A stretch of DNA of 64,000 bases. It comes from Octopus vulgaris (lineage: Eukaryota). The notes beneath the pieces were generated by a model, which was not told the origin of the DNA, ran no database searches, and saw only the letters and a list, made by a program, of their open reading frames with translations. Shown here in pieces: positions 29,943 to 41,578 of the stretch. Within the stretch, counting starts at the first letter, position 1; each line of letters begins with the position of its first letter. Location of the stretch: positions 16,368,001 to 16,432,000 of the forward strand of contig OX597837.1 in NCBI GenBank assembly GCA_951406725.2. The letters are read 5' to 3'. The position numbers and the translations under genes are program-made.

Positions 29943-32031
29943 TGCGCGCACGCCACTTTAACTTGACATCATTATGGGATAATTGTAAATGAGTGTCACT
30001 GTCAGAGAAGTGATGTCATTTGTCTCCAATCTTCTGCGCAAACCTACCTGGCCAAGGGAAAATATCACACTGTTTAAAAACAAGTGAAGGTTGGTGACTG
30101 GAAGGGCATCCAGTTGTAGAAAATCTGCTTCAATTTATTCTGTGTAACCCTGGAAAATTGGGTGCTAAAACAACGATGATAATGAGACACTACAGAGCCC
30201 TTTTTGGGATTCTCTGACAATGTGGAGAAGGGGACTATTCAGTGACACTGACCCCACTGCTCAAATGATAATTTCACTGACCCCAAAAGAAAGGCAAAGT
30301 CAACCTCAGTGGGATTTGAACTTAGAATGGAAAGAACTGGAAGAAATGCTGGAAAGCATTTTGCTTTGACATGCTAATGATTCTGCCTTCCAATGAATAA
30401 TAACTAAAAGCAGAATTATTATACAAGTTTGTTCAATATCATTTTCAAAGGTGGAAAGCTGGCACAACCGTTAGCATGACAGGAACAATGCTTGGCAGTA
30501 TTTTGTCCATCTTTATGTTCTGAGCTCAAATTAAACAGAAGTTAACTTTTACCTTTCATCCTTCCAGGGTTGATAAAATAAGTACCAGCTGAACACTGGG
30601 GCCATCAATGTAATCAACTTATCCCATCCCACAGACTTGCTGTCCTTCTGCCAAAATTTGAGACCAAAATTATTTTCATAGGTTTTAAAATTTTTTGAAT
30701 TGGCAGAATGATCTTCTGACTTCATAATTGGGCAAAAACTGGGGAAAAAATTAAGTGAGAAAGCTCCACTGGCTGTATAAGGTTAGTGTGGATGAATGAC
30801 GAAAGCAGAAAGGAACTGAGGAGAAAAGTGGATATCAGCAGAAATGTGTGTAGCGTGCAAGAAATACAACCATGTTTGTATGGACATGCAATCCATTAAC
30901 ATCCATTTTGCCATACTTGTATGGGCGAGATGAGAGTTGTTGAAAGAGATTCTCTAAAGTTGGATGCCGTTCTTGTTGCCAACTCTCACCTGTTTCTAAA
31001 CCAGGTAATATTCCCTCACCCCAGGGCCAGGCGTGCTTTCACATGAAAGATTGGAAACAACCATGTCTGTATGACACTGATGCTCGTTCACAAATCTCAT
31101 TTGATATCAAGAAAAGGATGAACACACACACACACAACAGGCTTCTTCCCGTTTCCAACTACGAAACCCACTCAAGAGGCTTTGGTGGGCCTGGGTCTAT
31201 ACTTGCCAAAGATGCCATGCAGCGGGACAGGACCTGAAACCATGTGGCTGGAGAGCAAACTTCTTAGCCAGGCAGCCATGCCTACTTCTATAATGCTGAC
31301 CGCTGGGTAGAGATCTAAGAGGAAGGAAAGCTTGGAAGAGGAAAACTGAGGAAGACATGGCCAGAAGTAATGAAAGCTAATTTCGAGATGTTGAACCTCA
31401 CAATAAATGGTCAGACATGATGTGGGAGTGGACCTGTCTAACCCATACAAGCAGAGAAAAGCAAAGGTAATGATGCTAATGATGACAACATTGACAATGA
31501 CAATGATGATGATGATGATGACAATGGTGGTGGCAATGATAATGACAATAAAGATGATGATGACAACAATGATCATAGCAATGAAAATGACACTGATAAT
31601 GATGATGACGAAATAGAAGCTTTATTTTTTTTGTAATGGAATCGAGGGTGGACAGTACTCATAATTGAGCGGGGACAGTACCCATGACAATTTTCAAAAG
31701 TTCATCCCACTCAACATCTGACCCTATATCCCTGCAACAAGATGGATCCAACTAACAGCACCCCTGGTTTGGTGGTGGATTAAGTCAATTGCAGTCTTCA
31801 AAACTGTCAGCATGTGTACATGGGTATGTTTGTGTGTCACACCACTTGACAATCAGCGTTGGTTTGTTTACAGTCTTGTCACTTAACAGTTCAACAGAAA
31901 GAGACTGACAGAGTAAATACTAGGCTTAAAAATAAGCACAGGGGTTGATTTGATTGACCAAAACTTCTAAGGCTGTAGCCCCACCATGGCCACAGTCCAA
32001 CGAATAAAACAAGACTGTGTTAACATCCTAC

Positions 32032-32188
32032 CTTGATATGTACTGGAGGGGTCAGCCCTACACTTCAAGCCAGTGGCCAATGGTTTGTCCACTGCAAAAC
32101 CTGCTATTTTGTCCTTAATGTTTGAAGCCAGCAACTGTTTCTCACACAGGATGTTCTCCATTGCAAAGTGAACGTGTTTCTTGGATGG
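32032..32188 (-). CDS. CEP126: CEP126-like exon (PSKKHVHFAMEN...)
   Basis: tgacag|CCA ... G|gtagga, 157 nt phase 0-1, exactly bridging the phases of its neighbours; KKHVHF parallels the CEP126 KK.RWF motif. Confidence 0.75.
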
Positions 32189-32930
32189 CTGTCAATAAGC
32201 AACAATTTAAAAACAGAATTTAATGCAAACAGAGTGGAAGACACAATAAAATAATTACAGTAAACGTGATTTTCACCACAACTTTTTTTGCATTTTTCAA
32301 ACATGGCTTAGTGGTTAGGGAATTCAGCTTGTGATCGTATGGTCAGCAGTTTGATGTCCAGGGATGTGTTATATCCTTGAGCAAGACATTTTATTTCAAT
32401 TTAAATCATGTTGCTCCAGTCCACTCAGTTGGCAAAAATGAGTAGCAGCTGTATTTCAGCGGGGGCCACCCTTGTCACCATTTTGTGTCACAATGAATCT
32501 TCTGTAGAACTACATTAAGGCTACACGAGTCTGTGGAGTGCTCAGCTACTTGATGCAAACTTCAGAAGCAGGCTGTTCCAGCAATCAGATCAACTGGAAA
32601 AATCACCATCATAACTGACAGAGTGCCAGTTTATATATATAATATATACATATATAAAATACAGAGATATATAAAATATGTAGTTGGAATTTTTAAAAAT
32701 GCAAAGCAAAGGACAAAGACAGGTGTGTAAACAACAAACAGCTGTATTAGTTTAAAACGCAGGAAGTGAGAAAGTCTTTTACATTTCGAGCCTATGCTCT
32801 TCGACAAAAAGGAACACAGAAATAAGCAGAGAGAGAGAAAATAAAATAAAATAAAATAAAATAATATATATATATATATTAATAGAGGAATTTATCTGTA
32901 ATATAATATGTGACAATTATTTGGTTACCA

Positions 32931-32993
32931 TAATAAAACTCCGAGTTTCAGATGTCAGGGCGGAAATTGGCTCTGGCATCTCATCAGTTATTA
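32931..32993 (-). ncRNA. Type I minimal hammerhead ribozyme motif in a Penelope-like pLTR
   Basis: UAAUAA-CUGAUGA-GAUGCCAG..CUGACAUC-U-GAAA-CUC-G-GAG-UU-UUAUUA: stem I 6 bp, intact core, stem II 7/8 bp, very short stem III, GUU cleavage triplet. Confidence 0.65.
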
Positions 32994-33267
32994 AGACAAA
33001 CCAAAAATGCTATGGAAATGACCTTTAAATAAAGGGAAAAAAACCCAAAGGGGAGAAAGTAAAAAACGCTCACAGAATTTGCGTATGCGCGCATGTACAT
33101 ATGTATACATGCATGCATACACACCCACGTACATATGCCTATATGCTCACTCACACTCGTGTGAAACACATGCATGCACACACACACACACCTATATGTG
33201 CACATATATATGCAACCCTACACATGTATACATATACATACTTGCGTACACACGTTTATATACGCAT

Positions 33268-33900
33268 GAGAGAGAATCGTGATGTGGTAGGAGAGAAGTG
33301 TGTTCGCATGGAAGATGGTTCACTTGCGCTAAATGAGGATGCAAAGAGAGAGGTTTGGAGATGCCACTATGAAAGGTTGCTGAATAAAGAAAGTGAATGG
33401 GATAAAGAGAGTCTGCCGAATGTTGACCCAACAGAGGGACCAGCTATCCGAGTTGATAGTTCCGTGGTAGCTAAGGCAATTAGAAGCATGAAGACAGGGA
33501 AAGCCCCAGGCCCATCAGGAATCACTGCAGAGATGCTCAAAATGTCTGGTAGTGTCGGCTATAGCCTAGTCACCCGTATAGTTAATCAGGTAATTCACAA
33601 AGGAGTCATACCCAATGACTGGTGTAGCAGCATAATAGTCAACTGCTACAAAGGTAAAGGTGACGCCCTAGATACAAATAACTACAGAGGTATCAAGCTG
33701 TTGGATCAGGTGATGAAGGTTACGGAGAGGGTCATAGCCCAACTAATTAGAGAGAGAGTTAGTTTAGATGAGATGCAGTTTGGGTTTGTGCCAGGGAAAA
33801 GGACTACTGATGCTATATTCCTGGTAAGGCAGCTGCAGGAGAAATACCTAGCCAAAGATAAGCCCCTGTACCTGGCTTTTGTTGACATGGAGAAAGCCTT
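33268..33900 (+). mobile_element. RTE-type LINE RT N-terminal fragment (open frame)
   Basis: MKTGKAPGPSGITAEMLK, YRGIKLL, QFGFVPGKRTTDAIF, LYLAFVDMEKAF are non-LTR RT subdomains 0-3; no tail. Confidence 0.92.
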
Positions 33901-33904
33901 TTGT

Positions 33905-34715
33905 AGTCTACGGTGGTTTCATAAATGATGGTCTCAGACATGCAAGCTCTGTTTAGCTGGCACAAATTTTTATCCCTGCATGAACAGCTGGTTTCATTTT
34001 GTTGTTTTTGTGTGTTGTGTGCAATTGTGTTTTAAAAATTAATAGCACTTTTGTTTGTCTTAATAACGCTCCTTTACATAGTAATCTCCCTTCATTTAAC
34101 AGTCATTTTCATAGCATTTTTGTCTTAATAACTGACGAGATGCCGAAGCAGTTTCTGCCCCGACTTGGTGTTTTATTATGACAATCGAATAATTGTCACA
34201 TATAACTATAGATAAATTCCTCTATTTACATAATATCGAGGTCTCATTCATTCTTTTGTTGTCATACTATTACTATTAATAAATTACCTCCCGTACACTG
34301 CAGTTTTTCCCTAAAAGCTCATACAGCTTGTTTTGAAAAATCGCCATATATCATTTGAGGACTCTGCCCCGCAGTAGAATTCGATATGGACGCCTACAAC
34401 ATTGATTATTCTATGTAAAATATACCTATACCATCCAGGGAACTATACTCTAAGAAACTTTTGGAGAAAATTACAGACCTTATTAAGGGGATGAGATGGA
34501 AAGCTTTCTTTTACAATATGGAAAGCTTTCTTTTACAATATGGAAGAGGACACTACAGAGACCATTTTCTATGGAAATAAATCAAAGAAATTCCCTCCAA
34601 AAATCAAAGGCTTAGAAGACTTCGAAGTGGACGTACTGAAGCTCATGAACAAAATAAAATTTTGTAACTCTTTTAGCACTTTCCAACAGAAACTGAAAAA
34701 CGATATAAATATTAC
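33905..34715 (+). mobile_element. Penelope-like element (Naiad-type) pLTR plus ORF N-terminus, decayed
   Basis: From 34386: MDAYNIDYSM*NIPIPSRELYSKKLLEKITDLIKGMRWKAFF...YGNKSKKFPPKIKGLEDFE...FQQKLKNDI, the Naiad-like N-terminus; upstream pLTR with CKLCL relic and a broken hammerhead at 34126-34180. Confidence 0.75.
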
Positions 34716-35077
34716 CATCAGCTTGGCTGTGGTTAAGAAGCTTACTTTACAAGCACATGGTTTTAGGTTCAGTCCCACTGCATGGCACCTGCAGCAAATG
34801 TGTTCTATTATAAGAACCAGATCAAAACCAATGTCTTGCAAATGAATTTCAAAAATGGAAACTGAGTGGAAGCTTACCATTTACCATTTTCATCTGTTTG
34901 GACACAGCTCATTAGTGTGATGCCCAAACACATTCAATCCTTAAAATCTGCACAAGGCATTATGTCTGTTAATGCTTTAGATTGAGTAATTTAAATGCAT
35001 CAAATAACATTATTTTGTTTCTAGAAATATTTAAAAAAAATATGGTGTCTATTGACTTTTAAGATACCTATGTATGC

Positions 35078-35143
<66 letters not shown>

Positions 35144-35187
35144 GCATGCACATATTTCACAGCAAAAAATAGATCCTAAAAACATAC

Positions 35188-36587
35188 TTTCTCATTTCTG
35201 TCTGTATTCTCCTTTTGATTGGTTGAGTAATGTAAACGAGTAATTTCCAGGCTGTCTTTTAGTTGGAAAGGGATTGCAGATTGGTTGACATTGGCATCAG
35301 TCTGATGCTTCAGAATACTACGCACAGATTTGCCATTCTTCTTAGTAAAGTGACTCTGTGTGCCGGCTCGAACTTCTTCACAACCATTACCATTTGTCTC
35401 AAGATTCTTCCCATTGGAATAGTAACTGGGAAAGTTGTGTTTCTTCTCATCTTTGCATCCGGGATGGGTTTCCTCTGATCTCACAACTGACTGCTTTCTC
35501 ACTTTAACTTTTGGTGTTACATAGCAACAAGGCATTATAGGATTGTAATTATTAGAGTTATTACTGTCATCATCAACATCATCAGCATCACTATCATCAT
35601 TGTCCCATTTTTTTAATGCTGTACAACTTGAGTTTGATTTCTTTTGATTTGAAACAACAACAGTTGAAGCATTTTCTCGTCCAGTTTTACTAGTTTTCTG
35701 GTTTATTGTCACATGATCTGCTACTTCATGTTTTGCTTCAGGATTCGTGGAATTCCATCTGCTTTGACAGTTAGCTGATGAATTCTGTTTGTGTGCATGA
35801 CAATGGTTGACAAAATTATGCTTTATTTCTTGATGATTAGTGGTTGAATTCTGTCTTGTTCCTTGATAACTATTGGCTGAATTTTGCCTAATTGCTTCAT
35901 GGTGATTGGCTGAAGTTTGCCTTGTTGGTTGAGAGCTAGTGGTCGATAGCTGTTCTGTGGTTAGTGTAGTAGCATTGGTCACAGTATTCTTACAGGTAGA
36001 TGCTATGTTACTTTTGGAATTCTCTGTAGTTTTATGAATTATAGAATTACAACCAGTTTGAAGAGCAACATCTGATTGAGTGTCTGGATGTTGGTTTTCT
36101 GAAGCAGGCCCATTTAGTTTAGAAGAACTATGAGAAATGTTAGAGGAAGTATTTGAAAAATTCGAAAGCTGTCTTTCATAAATATTATGTTTTGAAACTG
36201 TCCAAGTTCTTCCACCACTTAATGGCATATTGTTTGGGTCAGCTGTAGAATTTTGGGGCCACTTGGTGTCTCTAATACAAGTATTTTCCATTTGACAATA
36301 ATTTTCAAACTGATCACAGTTTTCCATGGTACCGTTTATTTTCTTGTCGTTCTTTAGATGATTTCCAGGACTGGACCATGCTGTGATAGGTTTCACATTT
36401 GCAGCAGAGTGAGCGACTGTTTTAGGTCCTAAGAGAGACATTAACTGAGCAGCTTTGTGGTTTGGCCATTTTGTTGAAGGCTCTGAATTTGGTGGTAGCT
36501 CCTGTTTGGTGGTACTATTGTTGCAGCACGAAGGATAGTCACTATAACCATTGCATTCTGAGTTGGCGTCACAAGTTCTATGGTTAC
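35188..36587 (-). CDS. CEP126: CEP126-like large low-complexity exon (1,400 nt)
   Basis: ttttcag|GT ... AAA|gtatgt within the 475-aa ORF; ends with VRSILKH...LKDSLEIT, like CEP126 KSILKK/RDSIEL. Confidence 0.85.
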
Positions 36588-37209
36588 CTGAAAATATGAA
36601 CATGTATCAATATTACAGTCATGTTAGAGAATGAAACCTTGCTTCAATGGTCCAACTCATTTTAATTGAATTTTCACTCATAATACCTATTGTTAGCAAT
36701 TATCAATTAAATTCAGTTGGATAGAAATTAGCAAAATTTATAACCTTTATACAAATCTTTAAAGTAATCTATGGATTCATAGAATCATGTGGCTCCTCTG
36801 GCAGACCTGGCTAGCAGACAACATAGTAATCCACTACAAAAGATTATAATGCAGAGTTCCATGCAGCTGAAAACCAGGTGGTCTGACTGATGAAATTATT
36901 TCATAAAAAGTACATGATGAATAATATATGTGAATATATTTAAACACTTGTCGTCCTTAGGATTACAACTGTTTTGCAGCCTTTATCATGTCGTAATGAT
37001 TTCAGTGTATAATGAACTATTTTATATGTCTGCATTACAATTGTATATTGCAAATGAGTGCAGGTAAAGAAAGTCAGCTCATCAAATGAATCTAGAAGAT
37101 CATGGGAACACCAATGTTTCAACTCTGAGAAACAGTTGTAGACAAGGATGACAAACGGATAAATAAAGATATTCACTTCTCCTACCTCCTGACTTTCTAT
37201 GGTTTTTTC

Positions 37210-38545
37210 AATCCTCCTCCTCCTTTAACCTCCATTTTCCGAGCTGGCATGGGTTGGACAGTTTAACCAGAGCTAGCAAGCCAGAGTCCTGCACCAGGTT
37301 CCACCAGTCTGGTTTGGCTTGGTTTCTATTGCTGGATGCCCTTCTTAATGCCAATCGCTTTACAGTGTGTGTTGGGTGCTTTGAACATGGCATTGGCATT
37401 AGTACCATTACATAGCACTGGCATGGCAGCTTTTTATGTGACACCAGCACAGGACTTTTGCCGGCCAGTTCTCTTCACGGGATTCAGCCTTAACACCTCT
37501 GCTTTGGGGGACAGGTCTTCTTGAGTTCAGCAAGGCACCAGGTATCTCAGTCTTTTGTCATCTCATCCAAAAGGTTTGAAATTCTGAAGGCATCCTTCAG
37601 TGCTTTGTCCCATGTCTTCCTGGGTCTCCCTCTTTCACAAGTTCCATCCACTTTGAGTGAATGGCACTTCTTTATGGAGCTGTAGGCATCCATCTGCATC
37701 ACATGACCAAACCAGCTCAGTCACCTCTCTTGCTCATTGCATCTAATTCCTCTCTTACATCCAACTTCTCTCTCAATACACTAACACTCCGTCACACATG
37801 TACACTTACATTACACATCCAGTGCAGCATACTAGCCTTATTCCATTTCAGCTTTTGCATATCCTCTACATTCAAGGGCCATGTCTCACTACCATGTAGA
37901 ATTGCTACTCATATCATACAATCTTCCTTTCACTCAGAGAGAGAAACCTCTGTTGCCAAGAGGGGTAAAAGCTCTCTGAATTTTCTCCATCCTATTCTTA
38001 TTCTAGCCATTACACTCTAATTTAGTTCCCTGGGTAGCAGAAATTATCCACTACCTTAAAAGAGCCTTCAAAGCATTTGAGAAAATTGATTTCCCAAGTG
38101 TCTGTAGTTTTTATGGCTCCTGTGCATCTTCCACATACAAACCCTACTTTTTCTGATAACCTTCCTATTATTCTACTGCACTACTTGTATGTCCATAACT
38201 TACACTGGGTACACCGTATGAAACTCCTGCTTACACCTTTCCTGCAAATCAAGCAGGGCCACTTACCTGAAACGGGTAGGGTCCTGTCTGTTTTCTTGCT
38301 TACTAAGACCTTAGTCTTTGCTAAGTTAACTTTAAGACCCTTAGATTCCAGGTTTTGCTTTCAAACCTGAACTTCTTTTTCTAGCTCTGATACAGAATCT
38401 GCTTTGAGGACAAAATCATCAGCATACTGTATAGTAGTTTCCAAGGGCTGTCAGTCTTGAATTCCTCTATTATAGCTTGGAGGGCAATGATGAAAAGAAG
38501 AGGACCAATGAACACCTGCCTGAACACCAAATTCTTCGCTGTACT
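37210..38545 (-). mobile_element. RTE-type LINE fragment
   Basis: YADDFVL catalytic relic at ~38410-38428, Cys-rich finger, RT C-terminus and tail. Confidence 0.8.
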
Positions 38546-38559
38546 CATGATTGCATATG

Positions 38560-39440
38560 CATAAGAGGTGTAACAATATCAGAGGAAGGTTAACAGCAGG
38601 TGCACAGGTACAATAAACACTAGTAATATACAGAAAGTAGACTCCATCAAATGCCTGGAGGGATATCTAGAAGTAGTTGATAGCTTTTGTTATCTAGATG
38701 ACCAAGTTAGCAGTGGAGGTGGATGCTCTGAGAGCATAGCTGTTAGAATAAGAATAGGCTGGGCAAAGTTCAGAGAACTTCTATCTTTGTTGGTAACAAA
38801 GGGCCTCTCTCTCAGAGTGAAAGGCAGATTGTATGATGCCCGTGTGTGAACAGCCATACTACATGGCAGTGAAACATGGTCTGTGACTGCCAAGGACATG
38901 CGAAAGCTTAAAAGAAAAGAAGCAAGTATACTATGCTGGATGTGTGATGTCAGTGTGCATGTAGGACAGAGTGTGTCTTGAGAAAAAACACAAGAGGCAT
39001 CAGATGTGGTATGCAAGAGAGGCGACTGCACTGGTATGGTCATGTGGGGCATATAGATGGAGACAGTTGTGTAAAGAAGTGCCGATCTTTAACTGTGGGG
39101 GGAACTTGTGGAGGAGGTAGACCCAGGAAGACATGGGACAAGGTGGTGAAGCATGAGCTTCGAATATGGAGTCTCATGGAGGCAAAGACAAGAGAACATT
39201 GCTGTACTTGAGAAGACATTTCAAGCCAAGTGAAAGCATAGCTGTGGCCGGTGGTGCCAGTGACACATAAAAGGCACCCACTACAACCTCAGAGTGGTTG
39301 GTATTAGGAAGGGCGTCCAGCCATAGAAACCAAGCCATACTTCAGTGTAGAACTTGGTGCAGCTCTCTAGCTGACAAGTCCCAGTCAAACCGTCTAACCC
39401 TTGCCAGCATGGAAAGCAGACGTTAAATGATGATGATGAT
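38560..39440 (+). mobile_element. RTE-type LINE 3' fragment
   Basis: YLDDQVSS...RRLHWYGHV...GRPRKTW and (GAT)n tail. Confidence 0.85.
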
Positions 39441-39612
39441 ATATGAATTATAAATGAAGACATAGCAATGGGGCTAAGAAGTTGGTGTTTCACATACATT
39501 GTTTTGAGTTCAATCCTGTTGCACAGTAACTTGGGCAAGTACCTTCCACAGTAGTCCTGGGCTGAGAAATGTCATGCGAATGAATCTGAGAGCTAGAAAC
39601 TGTACAAAGTCC

Positions 39613-39655
<43 letters not shown>

Positions 39656-40337
39656 ATGCATTCATGTCTGTAAATATGCATGTTTACATTTTGTGCCAGC
39701 AAGAAAACAGCTTTAAGCTACAAACAGAATTTTCTTGTCATTTTTATCTCCATTAATCATTCAAGCTCTGTACTTTCAAAGACGAATGGAATAAAAGAAA
39801 AAACCCTTACTTGAAAAACTGTAAGGTTTAGTGGTAGGAAGAGCATGAAGTAAATAAGTCAATGCTTCAATAATATGCATTTGTCTAACACAAGCTATCA
39901 TAGAAAAACAGACATGAAAATGAATGATTGCATGAAGATTTTGTGAGTTTTATAGAGTTAATTCTCTTTTGATTTTAATCAGAACTGAATTAAATTTATA
40001 AAACTCAAACTTCTGACACATATAAGCTTTATAGGGGCAATCATGGCAGAATGGTTAAGAAGGAAGTCACTTTGCAACCATCTGCTTTTAAGTTGAGTTT
40101 CACTGCAGAGCAGTTTTCTACTATAACCCTGGGTTGACCAATGCTTTCTGGGTGAATTTAGGAGATGAAAACTGTGTGGCAGTTCATGTGTCTGTGTGTT
40201 TGTGTTTGTATTATCTACTGAGCCTATGATAGATAATACTGGTACAAAGTGCTATGCAGTGGAACTGTTCCCAGAACCATGAACCATGTTGTAGGGAGAA
40301 CAATCTTCTTACCACACAGCCATGCCTTCACCTTTAT

Positions 40338-41565
40338 ATCATCATCATCATCGTTTAACGTCCACTTTCCATGCTAGCATGGGTTGGACGGTTCAACGGG
40401 GGTCTGGGAAGCCCGAAGGTTGCACCAGGCCAGTCAGATCTGGCAGTGTTTCTACAGCTGGATGCCCTTCCTAACGCCAACCACTCCGTGAGTGTAGTGG
40501 GTGCTTTTTATGCGCTACTGACACAGGTGCCAGATGAGGCTAGCGAATAGCTACGCTTGGATGGTGCTTTTTACGTGCCACCAGCACGGAGGCCAGGCGA
40601 GGCTGGTAATGGCCACGATCAGATGGTGTTTTTAACGTGCCACCGGCATGGAGGCCAGTCGATGCGGTGCTGGCTACGGCCACGTTCGTATGGTTCTCTT
40701 ATGTGCCACCGGCACTGGTATCACAACTACAAATTCCATTGAAGTTGATCGATTTTGATTTTGATTTTCACTTGCCTCAACAGATCTTCACAAGTAGAGT
40801 TATGTGTCCCAAGAAGGAAGGTATGCACAGGTGGACTGACTACGTCCCAGGTAGAGGCCATGGGTTATGGCCTCACTTGTCCTGCCGGGTCTTCTCATGC
40901 ACAGCATACTTCCAAAGGTCTCGGTCTCTGGTCATTTCCTCGGTGAGACCTAAAGAGCGAAGGTCGTGCTTCACCATCTTGTCCCAGGTTTTCCTGGGTC
41001 TACCTCTTTCACAGGTTCCCTCAACCGCTAGGGTGTGGCACTTTTTCACACAACTATCTTCACCCATTCTTACCACATGTCCATACCAGCGTAGTCGTCT
41101 CTCTTGCACACCACATCTGATGCTTCTTAGGTCCAACTTTTCTCTCAAGGCACTTACACTCTGTTGAGTATGAACACTGACATTACACATCCATCGGAGC
41201 ATACTGGCTTCATTTCTTGCAAGCTTACGCATATCCTCAGCAGTCACGGCCCATGTTTCACTGCCATGTAGCATGGCTGTTCGTACACATGCGTCATACA
41301 GTCTGCCTTTTACTCTGAGCGAGAGTCCTTTTGTCACCAGCAGAGGTAAGAGCTCTCTGAACTTTGCCCAGGCTATTCTTACTCTAGCAGTTACACTTTC
41401 AGCACACCTGCCCCCGCTACTGACTTGATCACCTAGGTAACGGAAACTATCAACTATTTCTAGTTTTTCTCCCTTGAATGTGGCAGAAGATGGTCTCTGC
41501 GCATTTTCAGTGTTTATTGCACCAGAGCATCTGCCACATACAAAAACTATCATCCTAGTTAGCCT
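40338..41565 (-). mobile_element. Young 5'-truncated RTE-type LINE
   Basis: Uninterrupted frame FRYLGDQV...MLHGSETWA...RRLRWYGHV...GRPRKTW (ORF 40873..41751), 3' UTR and (GAT)n tail. Confidence 0.92.
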
Positions 41566-41578
41566 TATATATATATAT

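Noticed and set aside
34416-34418. Selenocysteine recoding in the Naiad-type ORF
   Set aside because: The in-frame stop is TAA at a Lys-like position, not TGA, and a 22-bp tandem duplication at ~34498-34541 also breaks the frame
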